The notes below the pieces were generated by a model that worked only from the letters and a program-made list of their open reading frames with translations, did not search any database and was not told the DNA's origin. A program made the position numbers and the translations under genes. DNA of 64,000 nt from the NCBI RefSeq assembly GCF_009914755.1, contig NC_060930.1. One strand, given 5' to 3'. This DNA comes from the human T2T-CHM13v2.0 reference genome, Homo sapiens. Position 1 is the first letter of the stretch, and the number at the start of each line of letters is the position of its first letter. Shown piece by piece: positions 25,870 to 39,094 of the stretch.

Positions 25870-27710
25870 GTAAAAAGGCATCTGTAATCACTCACAAAAT
25901 GAAGCTGGATACTACCCTGTCCTGGGAGAGTTGAATGCCAAAATTCAATCTGTGACCCAAGCTCCACAATTCATAGATTGTGTAAAAAGAAAAATCAGCA
26001 CAATATTTTCCAAGGGACGTTTTCTGTCTCCAAAAATGACTTGCAACTGCAAACAAGTTCCAACAATGACGCAAAGGCAACCTCTCCAAAAGGGTACAAT
26101 TTCAGAAACTGTCCAAAAACCCCATACACAAAAACAATAAGCAAAGGAACCTCGATTCAATTACACAAGACCCATTACACTTTGATTCAAGAGAAGATAA
26201 AAGAGTATTTTTCAGTCAGAGTCCAACATAAACACTAATGTAAAATATGCTCAAATTCAGAACTTCTTTTCTGAATTTAAATTATTCCAGCATAATAAAT
26301 CCTATAGATTACACAGGGAAGAAATCCGGAAAGCAAACCAAGGAATTCAAAATAGAAATTCAAAGGAAAATGTTTGGGTGTCTGGTAGGTAAAGAGACCT
26401 GCTTGCCTATATCTAGGTACAAAAGGCACATCTTGTTATTTTAGGTAATTTTTCCAACTTAAATAAACTGCACAGTGGAGCAGGAACCAACTGTAAACAT
26501 GCTTTCATTCCCTGCTTGCCTTAACAAAATGTTGGTAAACCAGGCTATCTTTCATCTCCATAAACAAAACAGAATATCAAAGAGATTTCACATTATTGTT
26601 TATCAGCTTATCAGCATCATCAAAGTACATCTGTAATCGATACTACCTATGAGAAAGCATCTGTGGAAAGAGCAAGAAGAAAGAGTCTGTGTTGGAAACT
26701 CACTTGGGAGGGTCTGAAGGAGTTTTGTGTGCTGTTCACCACTATCATAAAATAGCCTGTAAGACAATCACCAAAAAGTAAAAACAGAGATTTCTTGAGT
26801 TAATGGTCCACATCTTCACAAGAATAACTTTCGAATAAGTAAACAACAACAGAACAACTAGGCCAACGTTATCCAGAGGTCTGGCATAAGAAGATAAAGC
26901 ACTCGAGTTCACAGTTTAAACATGGGTTTCCTGGCCCACAGTAGAAAACTTCAGCCTGGGGAAGATTTACTTCAAATCAAACTAAATGAGCAATTAAGGA
27001 ATCTCTTTACTACTGTTACATTTTTAAATTCACCCTATTAGAACACTCATCTTAAAACAAAACTGGACTATTCTAAAAAACAAAAGAGATGAAAAATACA
27101 GAATTGGTCACTGATTTCTGTTCATTCTCATCCTACTTCCACCTACATTCAACTAATATTTATTGTACAGTTACTATATTAAAAAGCACACAGCTAGTAC
27201 TGAAGAGGGATAGAGTGAGCTAGACAGAGAGATGTACTTACTGCCAAATAGGCTATGTCTGCATCTGTAATTTGCACACAGTAAGTTCAGGTGTTTTATT
27301 TGCTTCCGGGTGTTGTTTTTAAGAATGTCTCTGTGGTTCACTTTTATATGGCAAAAGCACTGAAGGTCCTTCATGTGTCTAAATGAAAAAGTCTGGACAT
27401 TTGGCTTCAATAAAGCCATCACTTTCTTGAAGATAGGTTCCAGCTATGAATCGTCTAGGTTTGTGTGCTGGACAGGGTGAAAAGGGCAATGTTCTGTGTA
27501 GCTGCCAATGGGCTGAACAATTCCCAGTAGCTTGTGGCTAAAGAAATCTTCTATGAGAAGAGAACTGTAACTTCCAAGCTGGCTTGGGATAATTGTTTGA
27601 AACAACGTGATTTTTTTCCATTCAGTTATTTTCTGTTATACCTTTTCCAGCAAAATTATTCTGTGGAATTTTAAAATAATCATGTTTTTAAATGATCTTT
27701 CCAGTAAAAA
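25870..27710 (+). mobile_element. Highly decayed RTE-clade LINE (MamRTE1-like; family not certain), interrupted by an L2/MIR-type tail near 27130-27240
   Basis: Frameshifted motifs in canonical order: VLGELNAKI (25919; cf. GDFNAK endonuclease), EEIRKA (26318), KEISHY-ISL (26579-26610; cf. NYRPISL), LFTTII (26732), HIFT (26809; cf. DHIFT), LNEK..FG (27379), KEI...KLAW (27540-27587). Confidence 0.55.
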
Positions 27711-27898
27711 GAATGTTTCAAAAATAATGCTTAACAGCTTAACTGAAAACCAATTTCAGCACACACTAGAAACAGCATTGAATTATTTCTAGTATTCTCC
27801 ATCCACAATTAACACAGTATTCATTTTGTTCAGGTATTCGCTTCTGGAAAGCTCTTCCTGAAATCATCCTGCAAATATTTATTAAGCATTTAATAAGG

Positions 27899-27900
<2 letters not shown>

Positions 27901-27948
<48 letters not shown>
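27901..27948. repeat. (AC)24 microsatellite
   Basis: Pure AC repeat. Confidence 0.99.
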
Positions 27949-27950
<2 letters not shown>

Positions 27951-28064
27951 CACCAGGCTGGTCACTGTAGAGAATACCAAAATGAATGGGAAAAACTCAC
28001 AGCCCTTAACAAACCAACATAATAACAGAGAGAAACAAGGGGGTCAGAAAATCTGTGTTTTTCA

Positions 28065-28346
<282 letters not shown>

Positions 28347-28829
28347 TTAGAAAGCCACTATAGTTACATTTAAAATAACACTTGTTCTAAACACTTATTT
28401 GCACATGACTTTTTCAGCAATAAATCTGCTGCATAAATGAAGTATACCTAGATATTAAATTGTGTGTTGGAAAAACACTATGAAACTATTATAAAAAGAA
28501 CTAAACTAGGCATCGGAAATGGTAAGTTCAAGTCCAACTACCATCACTTAATTTGAGTTACAATAAAAATCCTACCTGTCATATTATCTCATAAAGTTAT
28601 TAGAATACTTAAATAAAAATATACATAAACATGTTTTGCAAAGTGTTTTACATTTTAACATTATACCACTGGACTAGGAGCAGCTCAGTGGTTTCAGTAT
28701 CCCAGCAAGTAAAACCTTGTTGGGAATAAAACAAACTAACATTGGCTGGATTTTAAAAATCAATTTTTAGGCTTCCAGAAAATTCACTGATGAGTAGAAA
28801 TCATTTATCAGAGTTTGCACATCTCTCAA

Positions 28830-31800
28830 TGGATGATAACAGTACTTCACATAGTTTCATTATTGTTTTCATATTTTATATAAATTCTCACCATATTCAC
28901 AGTTTTTTTGTATTTTAGTACATTATGTTAATATATGTAGCTCTATGTAGTTCATATGCAGCTCACTCATTTTAACTCCTATACAGTACTTCATTATAAA
29001 ATATACTTTATTTTTCCTAATTGAAGGATAGGTTGGTTCCAAAGTTTTGCTATTATCAATGTGTCAATAAGCATGCCTTCTGAGTTTCCCTTCACCTACA
29101 GGTACAGGAATCTCAAGAGTTCATACCTAGTGCAATTGCTAGCTAGTATGGTATGGTCAGTTTTACACTGCCAAACTGTTCTCCAAGATGGTTATGCCAA
29201 CTTAGGCTCTCACCAACAATGAATCTTCCCCAACACTGGTATTTTTATACTCATATTATGATGGTTATTAAAACATCTCCATTTTAACTTACATTTGCCT
29301 AACTACTAGTGAGACTCAGGGTTATTGGCCATTTGAGTTTCCATTTCTCTGCATTGTGTACAATTATGCTCTATTTTGCTACTAGGTTATCTGCCTTTTT
29401 CTTATTAATTTGTAACAGTTTTTCATATAATCTAGATTTTTAATCCTTGTAGCATATAGGCTATTTTCAACAGGATTGCCACTTGGCCAAGGCTACCTAA
29501 AGGCCTAGCTAGAACAGACCCAAGTACATTCTGACTACAAGTACAGGAGTAAGCAAGCCATGGCTGTTGTACACAGTCAAGGATGTCATCAAGAAACTAG
29601 CCTCCTTTTGCCCTCCTGCTCTGCCGTCTTTAACACTAGCCTCATTTTCACCTCTGCAAGACAGCTGCCGCAGCTCTAAACATTATGTCCACTTCAAGGG
29701 TGGGGGAAGAAAGACCGGACCCCATATTCAAGGAGTAAAACTTTCTCAGAAATCCTAAGCTCACATCTCATTGGCCACCACTGAGACCTCTAAAGGACAT
29801 CAGATGAGACAGCTATTTCTAAATGGGCACAAAATCAGGGTTGTGTTGGTAAAGAAAGGGGAACAGGCGAGGTAGGCAGCTAGCAATGTTTTTCAAACAT
29901 GCCTTACAAATGTATGACACCAATGTGAACCTTTTCTTTTCACTGTGGTAATTTTTTCGTATGGAAGTTTATTTTAATAGAATCAAATTTCTGAATCCTT
30001 TTCTTTATGATGTTCTGTGTGTCCCCTCCCCGCCAACTCATCAACAATGCTTATATTTACTGCTAAATATTTTAAAGATTGGCTTCTTGCCTTTAAGTCT
30101 AAATGTAATGCATCCATAAATACATCTATAATGCATTTTGTATATGGTATGAAGTAGGGAATGAATTTTTTTTATATAGACCAATCAGTGGATGTTTACC
30201 CCATTTATTTAATAGTTTACCTTTCCCTACTGATTTATAACACTGCTCCTATAGTGTAACAAGCTTCGTTATATTCGTTTATATTAAGTTTCTAGGCTTG
30301 TATCCGTTCAAATCAGGTTTACTGGTGTAATTCTCTATCCTTGCCACAATAGTTTCAACAGCCTTGATATGTGGTAGGGACAAAATCTTCCCAACTTGTT
30401 CTTCAAAATTATTTTGACTATTCTTCAACACATGCTCATTTGCATATTAACTTTAGGACTGGCTGACCCATAAAAACTCTACTTGGGATATGCGTGAATT
30501 TTCACTGAAATTACCCATTTATTTGGGGAAAACTGTTATCTTTACAATATCAAGCATTCCCATTTGTGGACAATGAACATTTCTCCATTTATCCAGCCCT
30601 TCTTTCACATCCTTCAATGTTTCAAGATTTATCCATAAAGATTTTACATATTTTGTTAGATTTGCTCCTAGGAAACAGAGTTTTGCATTTTTAGAAACTG
30701 GAAATATGATCTTGATCTTCTTTACATAAATTTTCTAGTTGGTTATCCCTAGACTCACTTAAGTTTTGCACACAGTATATTATATAAACTGCAAAGAATA
30801 ATTTTGATTCCTCCTTTCCAATATTTATGATCATTTCTATTCTTGTCATATTGTACTGCCAAATTTCAACAACTATATAAATGACTAAAAGTAGTAATTT
30901 TGTATCTTGAACTTAAGAAATCTGTGCTATTATCATATTGCTAAGTATAATGTTGGATTTTATTTTCAAAGACATTATTTAGCATGGTAGAGAATTATAC
31001 TGCATTCCTAAATTAGTTAGCATTTTCCTGAATGAATATTGGAATTTCATAAAATGCTTTATCTAGCAAAACTATTTTATGTTTTCCTTTTAGTTAACAA
31101 TCAATTCTTTAAAGAAGTGTGAAATTGTATATTATTTCTTCATTTCTAAAATGAATTACAGTTAATATACTATGTATAATAGATTTTTTTTCTGTTTTAC
31201 TGGGGCATTACATATATTTATGGGTGACATTTACCTGTAGTTTTCCTGTTTTCACTGTTCTGGTCAGTACTGTTACCAGGGTTATGTTAGCTTAAAAATT
31301 CAAGAATGCTTTAATATATTTCTATTTTCTGGAACAGTGTGGGAGTTTCTCCTCCATGGCAGTATGAAAACACTTTCCCATAGTCTAGGTCCAACAACCA
31401 CTATTTTTTAGTCTAATAACCATGGAAACATGGTTACTAATTTCCAAGGTTTTCTATTTTTCTGGAGGAAAACATATGTTTCTATTTTGCTGGTATTTTC
31501 AAAAGTATTAACATAGATGTATATATTTATATTGTCTTCTAATCTGAGATGGTAAATATTTTTCTCTTCCTTCTTTTTTCTTAGATAAAATGTTAAAGGG
31601 TTATCCTTTATTGGGTGATTTGCCTTCTCCCACCCTGCCCAAGAATTAGCACTTTGCATTTTCGCTTTTTTTCATACAATATTTGTTCATATCATTAACT
31701 CCCTCATATTTATGTACATAAATTATTGGTGTTTTTTCTATTGTCTTAAATATAAGGCTGAGCTCCTTTACATTTTTTTCATTTAATATGTCTGTAATTT

Positions 31801-31920
31801 AAAGCTAAGCATCTCATATCAGTTTCTGCAGCCTCTCTCAAGTTTTGCTATGTAGTGTTCTCACTGTTAATATGTTCTAAATCATCTGCAAGTCTACCTT
31901 TTACATCCTCCTTGACCCAA
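28830..31920 (-). mobile_element. Old L1 (L1M-class) ORF2/3' region, antisense, interrupted by an LTR33-like fragment
   Basis: T-rich degenerate L1 motifs (GCCAAACTGTTCTCCAAG, TTTTGTATATGGTATGAAGTAGGG, TTCCTCCTTTCCAAT, GTTTTGCTATGTAGTG). Confidence 0.8.
29555..29895 (-). mobile_element. LTR33-like ERVL LTR fragment
   Basis: GATGTCATCAAG...CAAGACAGCTGC...CTCACATCTCATTGGCC...AAATCAGGGTT...GGTAGGCAGCTAGCA. Confidence 0.6.
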
Positions 31921-32220
31921 AGTGATTCCCTCTATCTACTGCTTCCACACATTTCAAGATATTCCCATCACTGGAGTTATTCACAGTTGAATGAAATGAC
32001 AGTGAAAAGACTGATGGATTGATTTTTCATGCTAGATATCTAAAGTTTATTTGGTGAGAGATGCCAATCAATAATTTTGGCTCATTCTTTAGATGGGGTC
32101 AACCAAGCCATTACTGATGATTTCCATCAAAGTTGCTCAGTTCACTGAGGGGGGTTTCCCATGAGTCTTCGGCTCTTCAGCTCTTCAGCACTCATTGTGC
32201 CAGTAATGCTCTTGGAACAA

Positions 32221-32523
32221 TTTTTTGTTGTTAAGAGACAGAGTCTTGTTCTGTCACCCAGGCTGGAATGCAGTAGCATGATTATAGCTTACTAAAGCCT
32301 TGAATTCCTGGGCTCAAGCGATCCTCCCGCCTCAGCCTCCCAAGGAGCTGGAACTACAGGCATGTGCCACCCCACCAGGCTAATTTTTTTTTTTTAACTT
32401 TTTTTGTAGAGACAGGGTCTTGTTTTATTTCCCAAGCTGGTCTCAAACTCCTAGCCTCAAGTGATCCTTCTGCCTTGGCCTCCCACAGCACTGGGATTAC
32501 AGGCGTGAGCCACCACACTAGGC
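32221..32523 (-). mobile_element. AluJ
   Basis: Antisense Alu with J features (CTGGGCTCAAGCGATCCTCC); TSD CTTGGAACAATT. Confidence 0.93.
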
Positions 32524-32913
32524 TTGGAACAATTCTTAAGTTCACTCTGACCTCTCCCTTTCTTATCACTTCATGGGAGTTTAGTTAGTGCTGTGATCTT
32601 TCCACAGAAGGAGCTCATGCAGAAGAATATCATTTCAACAAACATCATTTCAAGACTGCCGGACTTCCTAGGTTACAACACCTACTGATGGCTCTAACTA
32701 TTAGCAGGTATAGCAAACGAGAATTAATGGAAAACATTTAAAAACCCACATAAACTTAAAGAACTGCACACCACTACCCTCTGAACAAAATGCTGGCCAA
32801 AACCTCCCAGTTGATACAAAACAAAAAAATGAATCAGGGAAGCAAGCAAGGTATACACCCCAAAATATGGCAACTTTTTCAAAATAAAAACCCTCAGGAA
32901 AAAGGGAATCCTA

Positions 32914-33305
<392 letters not shown>

Positions 33306-33307
33306 GC

Positions 33308-33749
33308 CGGCAGTCCCAACCTTTTTGGTACCAGGGACTGGTTTCGTGGAAGATAATTTTTTCACAGACCAGGGCCGGGGGATGGTTTTGGGATGCTTCA
33401 AGTGCATTACATTTATTGTGCACTTTAATTCTATTATTATTACATTGTAATATATAATGAAATAATTACACAACTCACCATAATGTAGAATCAGTGGGAC
33501 CCCTGGACTTGTTTTCCTACAACTAGGCAGTCCCATCACGGGGGTGATGGGAGACCGTTACTGATCATCAGGCATTAGATTTTCATAAGGAGTACGCAAC
33601 CTAGATCCCTCACATGTGCAGTTCACAATAGGGTTCATGCTCCTATGAGACTCTAATGCCACTGACAAGAGGCAGAGTTCAGGAGGTAATGGCCACCTAC
33701 CCCTTACCTCCTGCTGTGCAGTCCATGGCCTGGAGATTGGGAAGCCCTG
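33308..33749 (+). mobile_element. MER1A (hAT-Charlie) DNA transposon
   Basis: GTCCCAACCTTTTTGG.ACCAGGGACTGGTTTCGTGGAAGA...CAACTCACCATAATGTAGAATCAGTGGGA...GCATTAGATT.TCATAAGGAG. Confidence 0.9.
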
Positions 33750-34829
33750 CTACTCCTGTCACATGGTAACGTGACACTGCATTCTTTCTACTACATTCTT
33801 TCTACTCCTAGTTATCTATAGGAGCTATCTATCTCCTATATATAGATAACCCTCCACCAGCTTTATATTCAAATCTTCACAAAGTCTCTTATTAAAGGGA
33901 AAAATCTCTCCATTGCTTTATTTTGAATAATAAATTACTAACAGGCTTGAGTTCAAATCCTGGCTCCATATTTATCTGCTGTCCAAGTCATTTAATCTCC
34001 TTGCCTTGGTTTCCTCAACTGTAAAAGGAAAATAACTGATAGCACCTATGTCAAAATTAAGTGTGGGGTTCAAATGAATCAAAGCACTCTAGTTATATCA
34101 CTGTGCCAGGTAAGTAAACTGTGCTCGCTGCTATCATAAAAACAGTGTCATCATCATCATCATCCAGTGCTAGTGCTCCTAGGTTATTATTTCCTTTCAA
34201 ACTGTAAATAATACCATTGTATATAAGCCTTTTAAAAATATTTTTTAAATGGAATTCTGTAACACTAACCTCTTGGAGACATCGTAGATATTAAGTAATC
34301 AAACATGTTTCTGGATAAAATTCTTGTGACATCATCATACCAGACTCAACTCTAGAAGACGATTTCCACAAGGGCAGGAATTTTTGTCTGTTTTGTAAAC
34401 CACCTTATTTCCATTACCTACAATATTGCTTGGCATCAATATATGTTTGTTGAATAAATTAGTAAAAAGTATTGAATCTCAAACAATATAAAAGAAAATG
34501 AATATAGTATGTCCTAAAAAACTACGTTAGATAAGTTTTACACAATTTTACATAAAGTTTCATAAAATAATGCAAAGTATTCCTTCCATATAATGATATA
34601 TTGCTATTTTCACATGTGTATGTGACTACTATGTAATAAATGCAATATTTAAAGACTTTATTATTTCATCTGCTACCCTAAAAGTTTATAAAGACTTCTT
34701 AGGATGTCAACGGCCTAATTTATTTCCTATTATTTCTTATTTATTTTCCTGTGTTGTCCTTCATCTTCCCTCCAAAATTAATTCCATCTACTATTTAGTA
34801 AGCCAAAGATTTCAGTAGATAAAAATATA

Positions 34830-35226
<397 letters not shown>

Positions 35227-35349
35227 CCCTTTCCTGAAAAGAACTCTATGTCTATAGGAGTATTTAACTCTTTTTTCCCATATCAAATAAATAAACCTTT
35301 TTTAAAACAAATATTGGAGAAAACTGTCATTTTCTGAGAGACAGTCAGC

Positions 35350-35830
35350 CATTATTATTTCACTCATTCAGGATCTGTGTATTGGATACTCCCCCTATGA
35401 CTCAGGCATTAGGCTGAACACTGGGAAAAAAAGGAGGAAAGTGGACAAAGCCCTGCAGTCACTGTGAAAGATGGACATGGAAACACATAATTTTACAGAG
35501 CTCTAGGTCTACAACAGAGGCAGAATCACAAAGGAAGGAGAAGCCAAATGCTGTAAGGGTGAGGGCAGGCCAAAAACTCAGCAGAATGAACACTTTTTTT
35601 TTTAACTAAACTCTGAAGATCAGCAGAAGGTTGACAGGTGAGGAGAAGAGAAAGCAGGCAGAGGGAGGAACAAATATACAAAAGCCCATGTGTGATGAAA
35701 CAATATGGCATGCTGAAGAAGTAAATGAGTCATTTGATATCACTCGTGTGTTGGGTTTATGGTTAAGAGTGTGGCAGAGCTGCCAGGAAAGAGGTGTGTT
35801 CAGTATAAGGGGTCTTGTATCCAGGCCAAG
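35350..35830 (-). mobile_element. L2 fragment
   Basis: TCACTCATTCA...TATTG...CAGGCA.TAGGCTG...GACAAAGCCCTGC...GGGTCTTGTA..CCAGGCCAAGGA typical of antisense L2. Confidence 0.6.
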
Positions 35831-36534
35831 GAAGAGGTGTGGCACGGCTAAGCCTTCCAGCTGCAAGAGGTTCCCAAAACTAAGCATCTCTGTCGTAGAA
35901 TGGCATGTCATAAGCCATTCTATGACAGAAATGAGGAGCACAAGCCAAAGCACCACATCAACCACAAGAGCTATTCACCAGCACACAGTAATTTATTTAT
36001 GCTTTAACAATCAAATTCCCTGACTGCACCAAGAGCTCTTTGAGCGCAAGGACCGACCGTGTCTTACTCAAGTTATCTCCCAGATGTCTACTAACATAAT
36101 TCCCTTACTTAACAAATGCCAAGCACATACGACGCACTAGGTGTTATACTAAACACTGGGTAGTCACAGATCGTAGACTACCCTGTCCCAACTAACCTTA
36201 GAGCCTTCTCTGAGGAACTGATACCTGAGAATAAAAAAAGGTTAGCTTCTAGAATTTTTGGTTCCTACCCTCTCCTTATATCCTCAGCTGATGTTTAACA
36301 TTAAATCTTCTCTTTAATACACTTTTATTTGGATTCAAAGCCATTCTTCCCTTAATTCCCTTTATTCTCCTAAGAACAGTCTTCTTCCTCTCTATTCTTC
36401 ATTCTATGGGTATCATTCCAAAACTCAGTTCAGCCCACCATCTTCTCATTGGAGGCCTCACTCTACTCTGCTTATTTCAGGGTTTTTTTTTTAAGCCTAT
36501 GCTTTTTAGATTGCTTTTATATAAATTATCTGAG

Positions 36535-36760
36535 GGGAAATGCAGTGTAGTAGTTAAGAATAGCAGCCAGATACCCACAAGTTCCAAGACCACTCTTGGT
36601 AATGGTGACTGTAGGTGCCTTTCTAAGGCCTGTTTCCCCCCCGGTATGACTGGGACAAATGAATCCAATTCCTAACTTGTTTTGAAGGCTAAATGAGATA
36701 CTACATCCAAAAGTACTTAGCATAATACCACAATAGTGCTAGCTATTTTATTATTAATCA
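36535..36760 (+). mobile_element. MIR
   Basis: GTGTAGTAGTTAAGA...CCTGTTTCCCC...TGAAGGCTAAATGAGATA...AAAGTACTTAGCATAATACC. Confidence 0.7.
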
Positions 36761-39094
36761 TGAAACCAACATCCTAAGGAACTTACGGCATGAATTGTTG
36801 CCTTTTTTATAGACTTGTTTTAAAGATGCTCAGAAAAAATAACAGATTTGATCGAGATCAGACAGCGATTATTTCATATTACACTGCCCAAATGTACATT
36901 TCTGGCCTTGATCAATCGGCAAAGTCACAGTATCAAACCACACCAAACCACTGGCCTATAGTCATCTCCACTTGGATGATCTACTGTGGCTCTGTCAAAA
37001 ATTAATCATCTTCCCACAAAACTGACTCCCCCTTGGGCTTTCACTCCAGAGTTGCCTCTGACTCCATCCTTTCTTTAAAACACATTTGTCCTCATTAGTG
37101 TCTGTCATCTATTCCTTGCAAAGGTTGGTAGATTGATCCCTGTCTTTGTTCCTATAGCAAACTCTCTACTCCAAACCCCCTAAAGTATGGAAATACCGTA
37201 CAAGCAGCAAAGCAAGCTCACAGTCAGAAGCTGAACCCATGAGCTGACTTCCTGATTTACTTCCCTGCCAGCAATCTTGGTCCACTTCAAATTGTATGCA
37301 GTACACAGGGGCAAAATGAAATCTAAATGTAAGATTATCCTTTAAGAGTATACAAAAGTCATCACAAAGTGGATCAAAGCAAAGCCGTTCAAAGTCACCT
37401 AAAAAAAATACCAAACAGCCCCCAGGTCACTGAGGCTAAAGATACTATGATTGAAATTATTAAAAAGACTTTTTATACATTTGTAAATCTGAAGAGTGGC
37501 CAGCCAGCAATGAGGAAAGACAGAAGGAATTTAGGAACTTAGTCCCTTCTAGCAAGAATAGCCTTATTGAGTGGATAGGCAAGGGCAGGGACTAGATTCA
37601 TTTTATTGAAGCTGTATGAACAAGAGGAAGCACCTAGCCCAGGAACAAACAGATAACAGATACAAGAAATAACAAGGAATTGCTCATAAGCTTTATCATT
37701 ATAACCAACCTTCCAGTTCTGATTCAACCCCCATAATACACCATCTGACAATGTGCCATGTGGCCAACAAGCAGAACACACACAGTAGACAAGATGATGT
37801 GTGTATTTATTGGCATTCTAATTCATACCCTCCCATCTCCTCTAAAGGCTCATTATTTGTTTGTGGGAGTTGGGTTTTCAGTTTTTGTTTTTCTTGCTTG
37901 GGGGAGAGCAGGAAAGGAATGGTTCAGCTTTCCTAAGCCCTATTAACAAGACGCTGACAAGACTGAATCTGTGTATCTAAAGCAGAGGCTCAAACTCTGG
38001 GCTAAAGAGAACTGAACAAAGTAAATGTCACTTTATGAGGGTAGTCACTTTGTACCAATAAACCCATCTTTCCTGGTATACACCACCAGTTTAGGCCTTT
38101 CGCACAAACCATACTGGACATCTCTGCAAATGCTATTCATTTGTTTCAATGCTACTTTCACCATACCACACCTTAACAGCTACAACGGAATCCCTCTGGC
38201 CTGCAGATGAAATTTTAACTCCTCTAGTCTGTATGGAAAGCCATACAGCCCTCTACGGTATGTGCAAGATGGCCCCTCTGCATTCATCTCACCTCCACTC
38301 TTCTCTTCCCTCGCCTTTTCTAGCCCCATTCATCAACGTTTCCCAGACTTCTTCCCTTACTACATATTCCTTTAGGTACCTCAATGCATGTAATACATGT
38401 TACTGGTCTAAAACTTACTCTGTCATTGTTTTATCTACATAACTCATTTGTCTGACTTACTAAATAAGCTCAAGTACAAGAATGCTTATGACTTTTACAG
38501 CCCCCATTCCAAATACTTACTACGTAAGAGATTGAGCAGGCAAAATACATTGGAAAAAACACATTTTTCCTAATAAATGGAAATTATTTGATAACTAAAT
38601 ATTTTAAAAGTTAAATTTTCTATCTGTATCAGGGCTGGGTTTGGAGTTATTGGTTTTTTTGTTTGTTTTTTTGTCTTTTCTTTCTGCAAGCCAGAACCAT
38701 CAGGTATAACTGATTCTATTAAATCTGAAATATACTCAAGTCATAACAGCAAGCCTTACAAGTTAGACTCACATCTAAATGTGCATCACCCACATCCAAG
38801 TGTGTATTTTAATACAATAAAAGCTGACAATAAGGCAAATAAGCTTCCTTTCCACAGGGACAGGCCCCAACATAGCTGTTATAGCTCCCCCTGGAACACA
38901 ACAGATTGGGTCTCAGCGGGCTGTTGCCTAGCAAGTCCAACAATTATCCATTACCTCACAAACCTGCAGAGACTCAAATGTTTGCCAAAAAGATACAAGG
39001 CCAATGCTTAATGCAGCCAATGATTAATAGTGGCACCAGGAGCCAACCGTCATAGCAATAGGGCTGGCATCATTCTGAAAAGTTTATATGAAAC

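Noticed and set aside
27174-27640. Long nearly open - strand frame (SHKLL...CPFHP...) as a duplicated protein-coding exon
   Set aside because: Substitutions between the two copies show no codon-position periodicity, there are frameshifts and a shared stop, and it is antisense to the RT-like frame.
24950-27650. Reading the inverted repeat as terminal inverted repeats of a DNA transposon
   Set aside because: No crisp termini or TSD and no DDE-transposase-like motifs; the arms themselves translate to LINE RT-like motifs.
31920-32720. Non-L1 segment flanking the AluJ, considered as a processed pseudogene
   Set aside because: No recognisable translation or poly-A/TSD; more likely an unassigned old repeat.
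35631-36023. 130-aa ORF and the overlapping antisense ORF
   Set aside because: Largely inside an L2 fossil; no recognisable domain or splice context.
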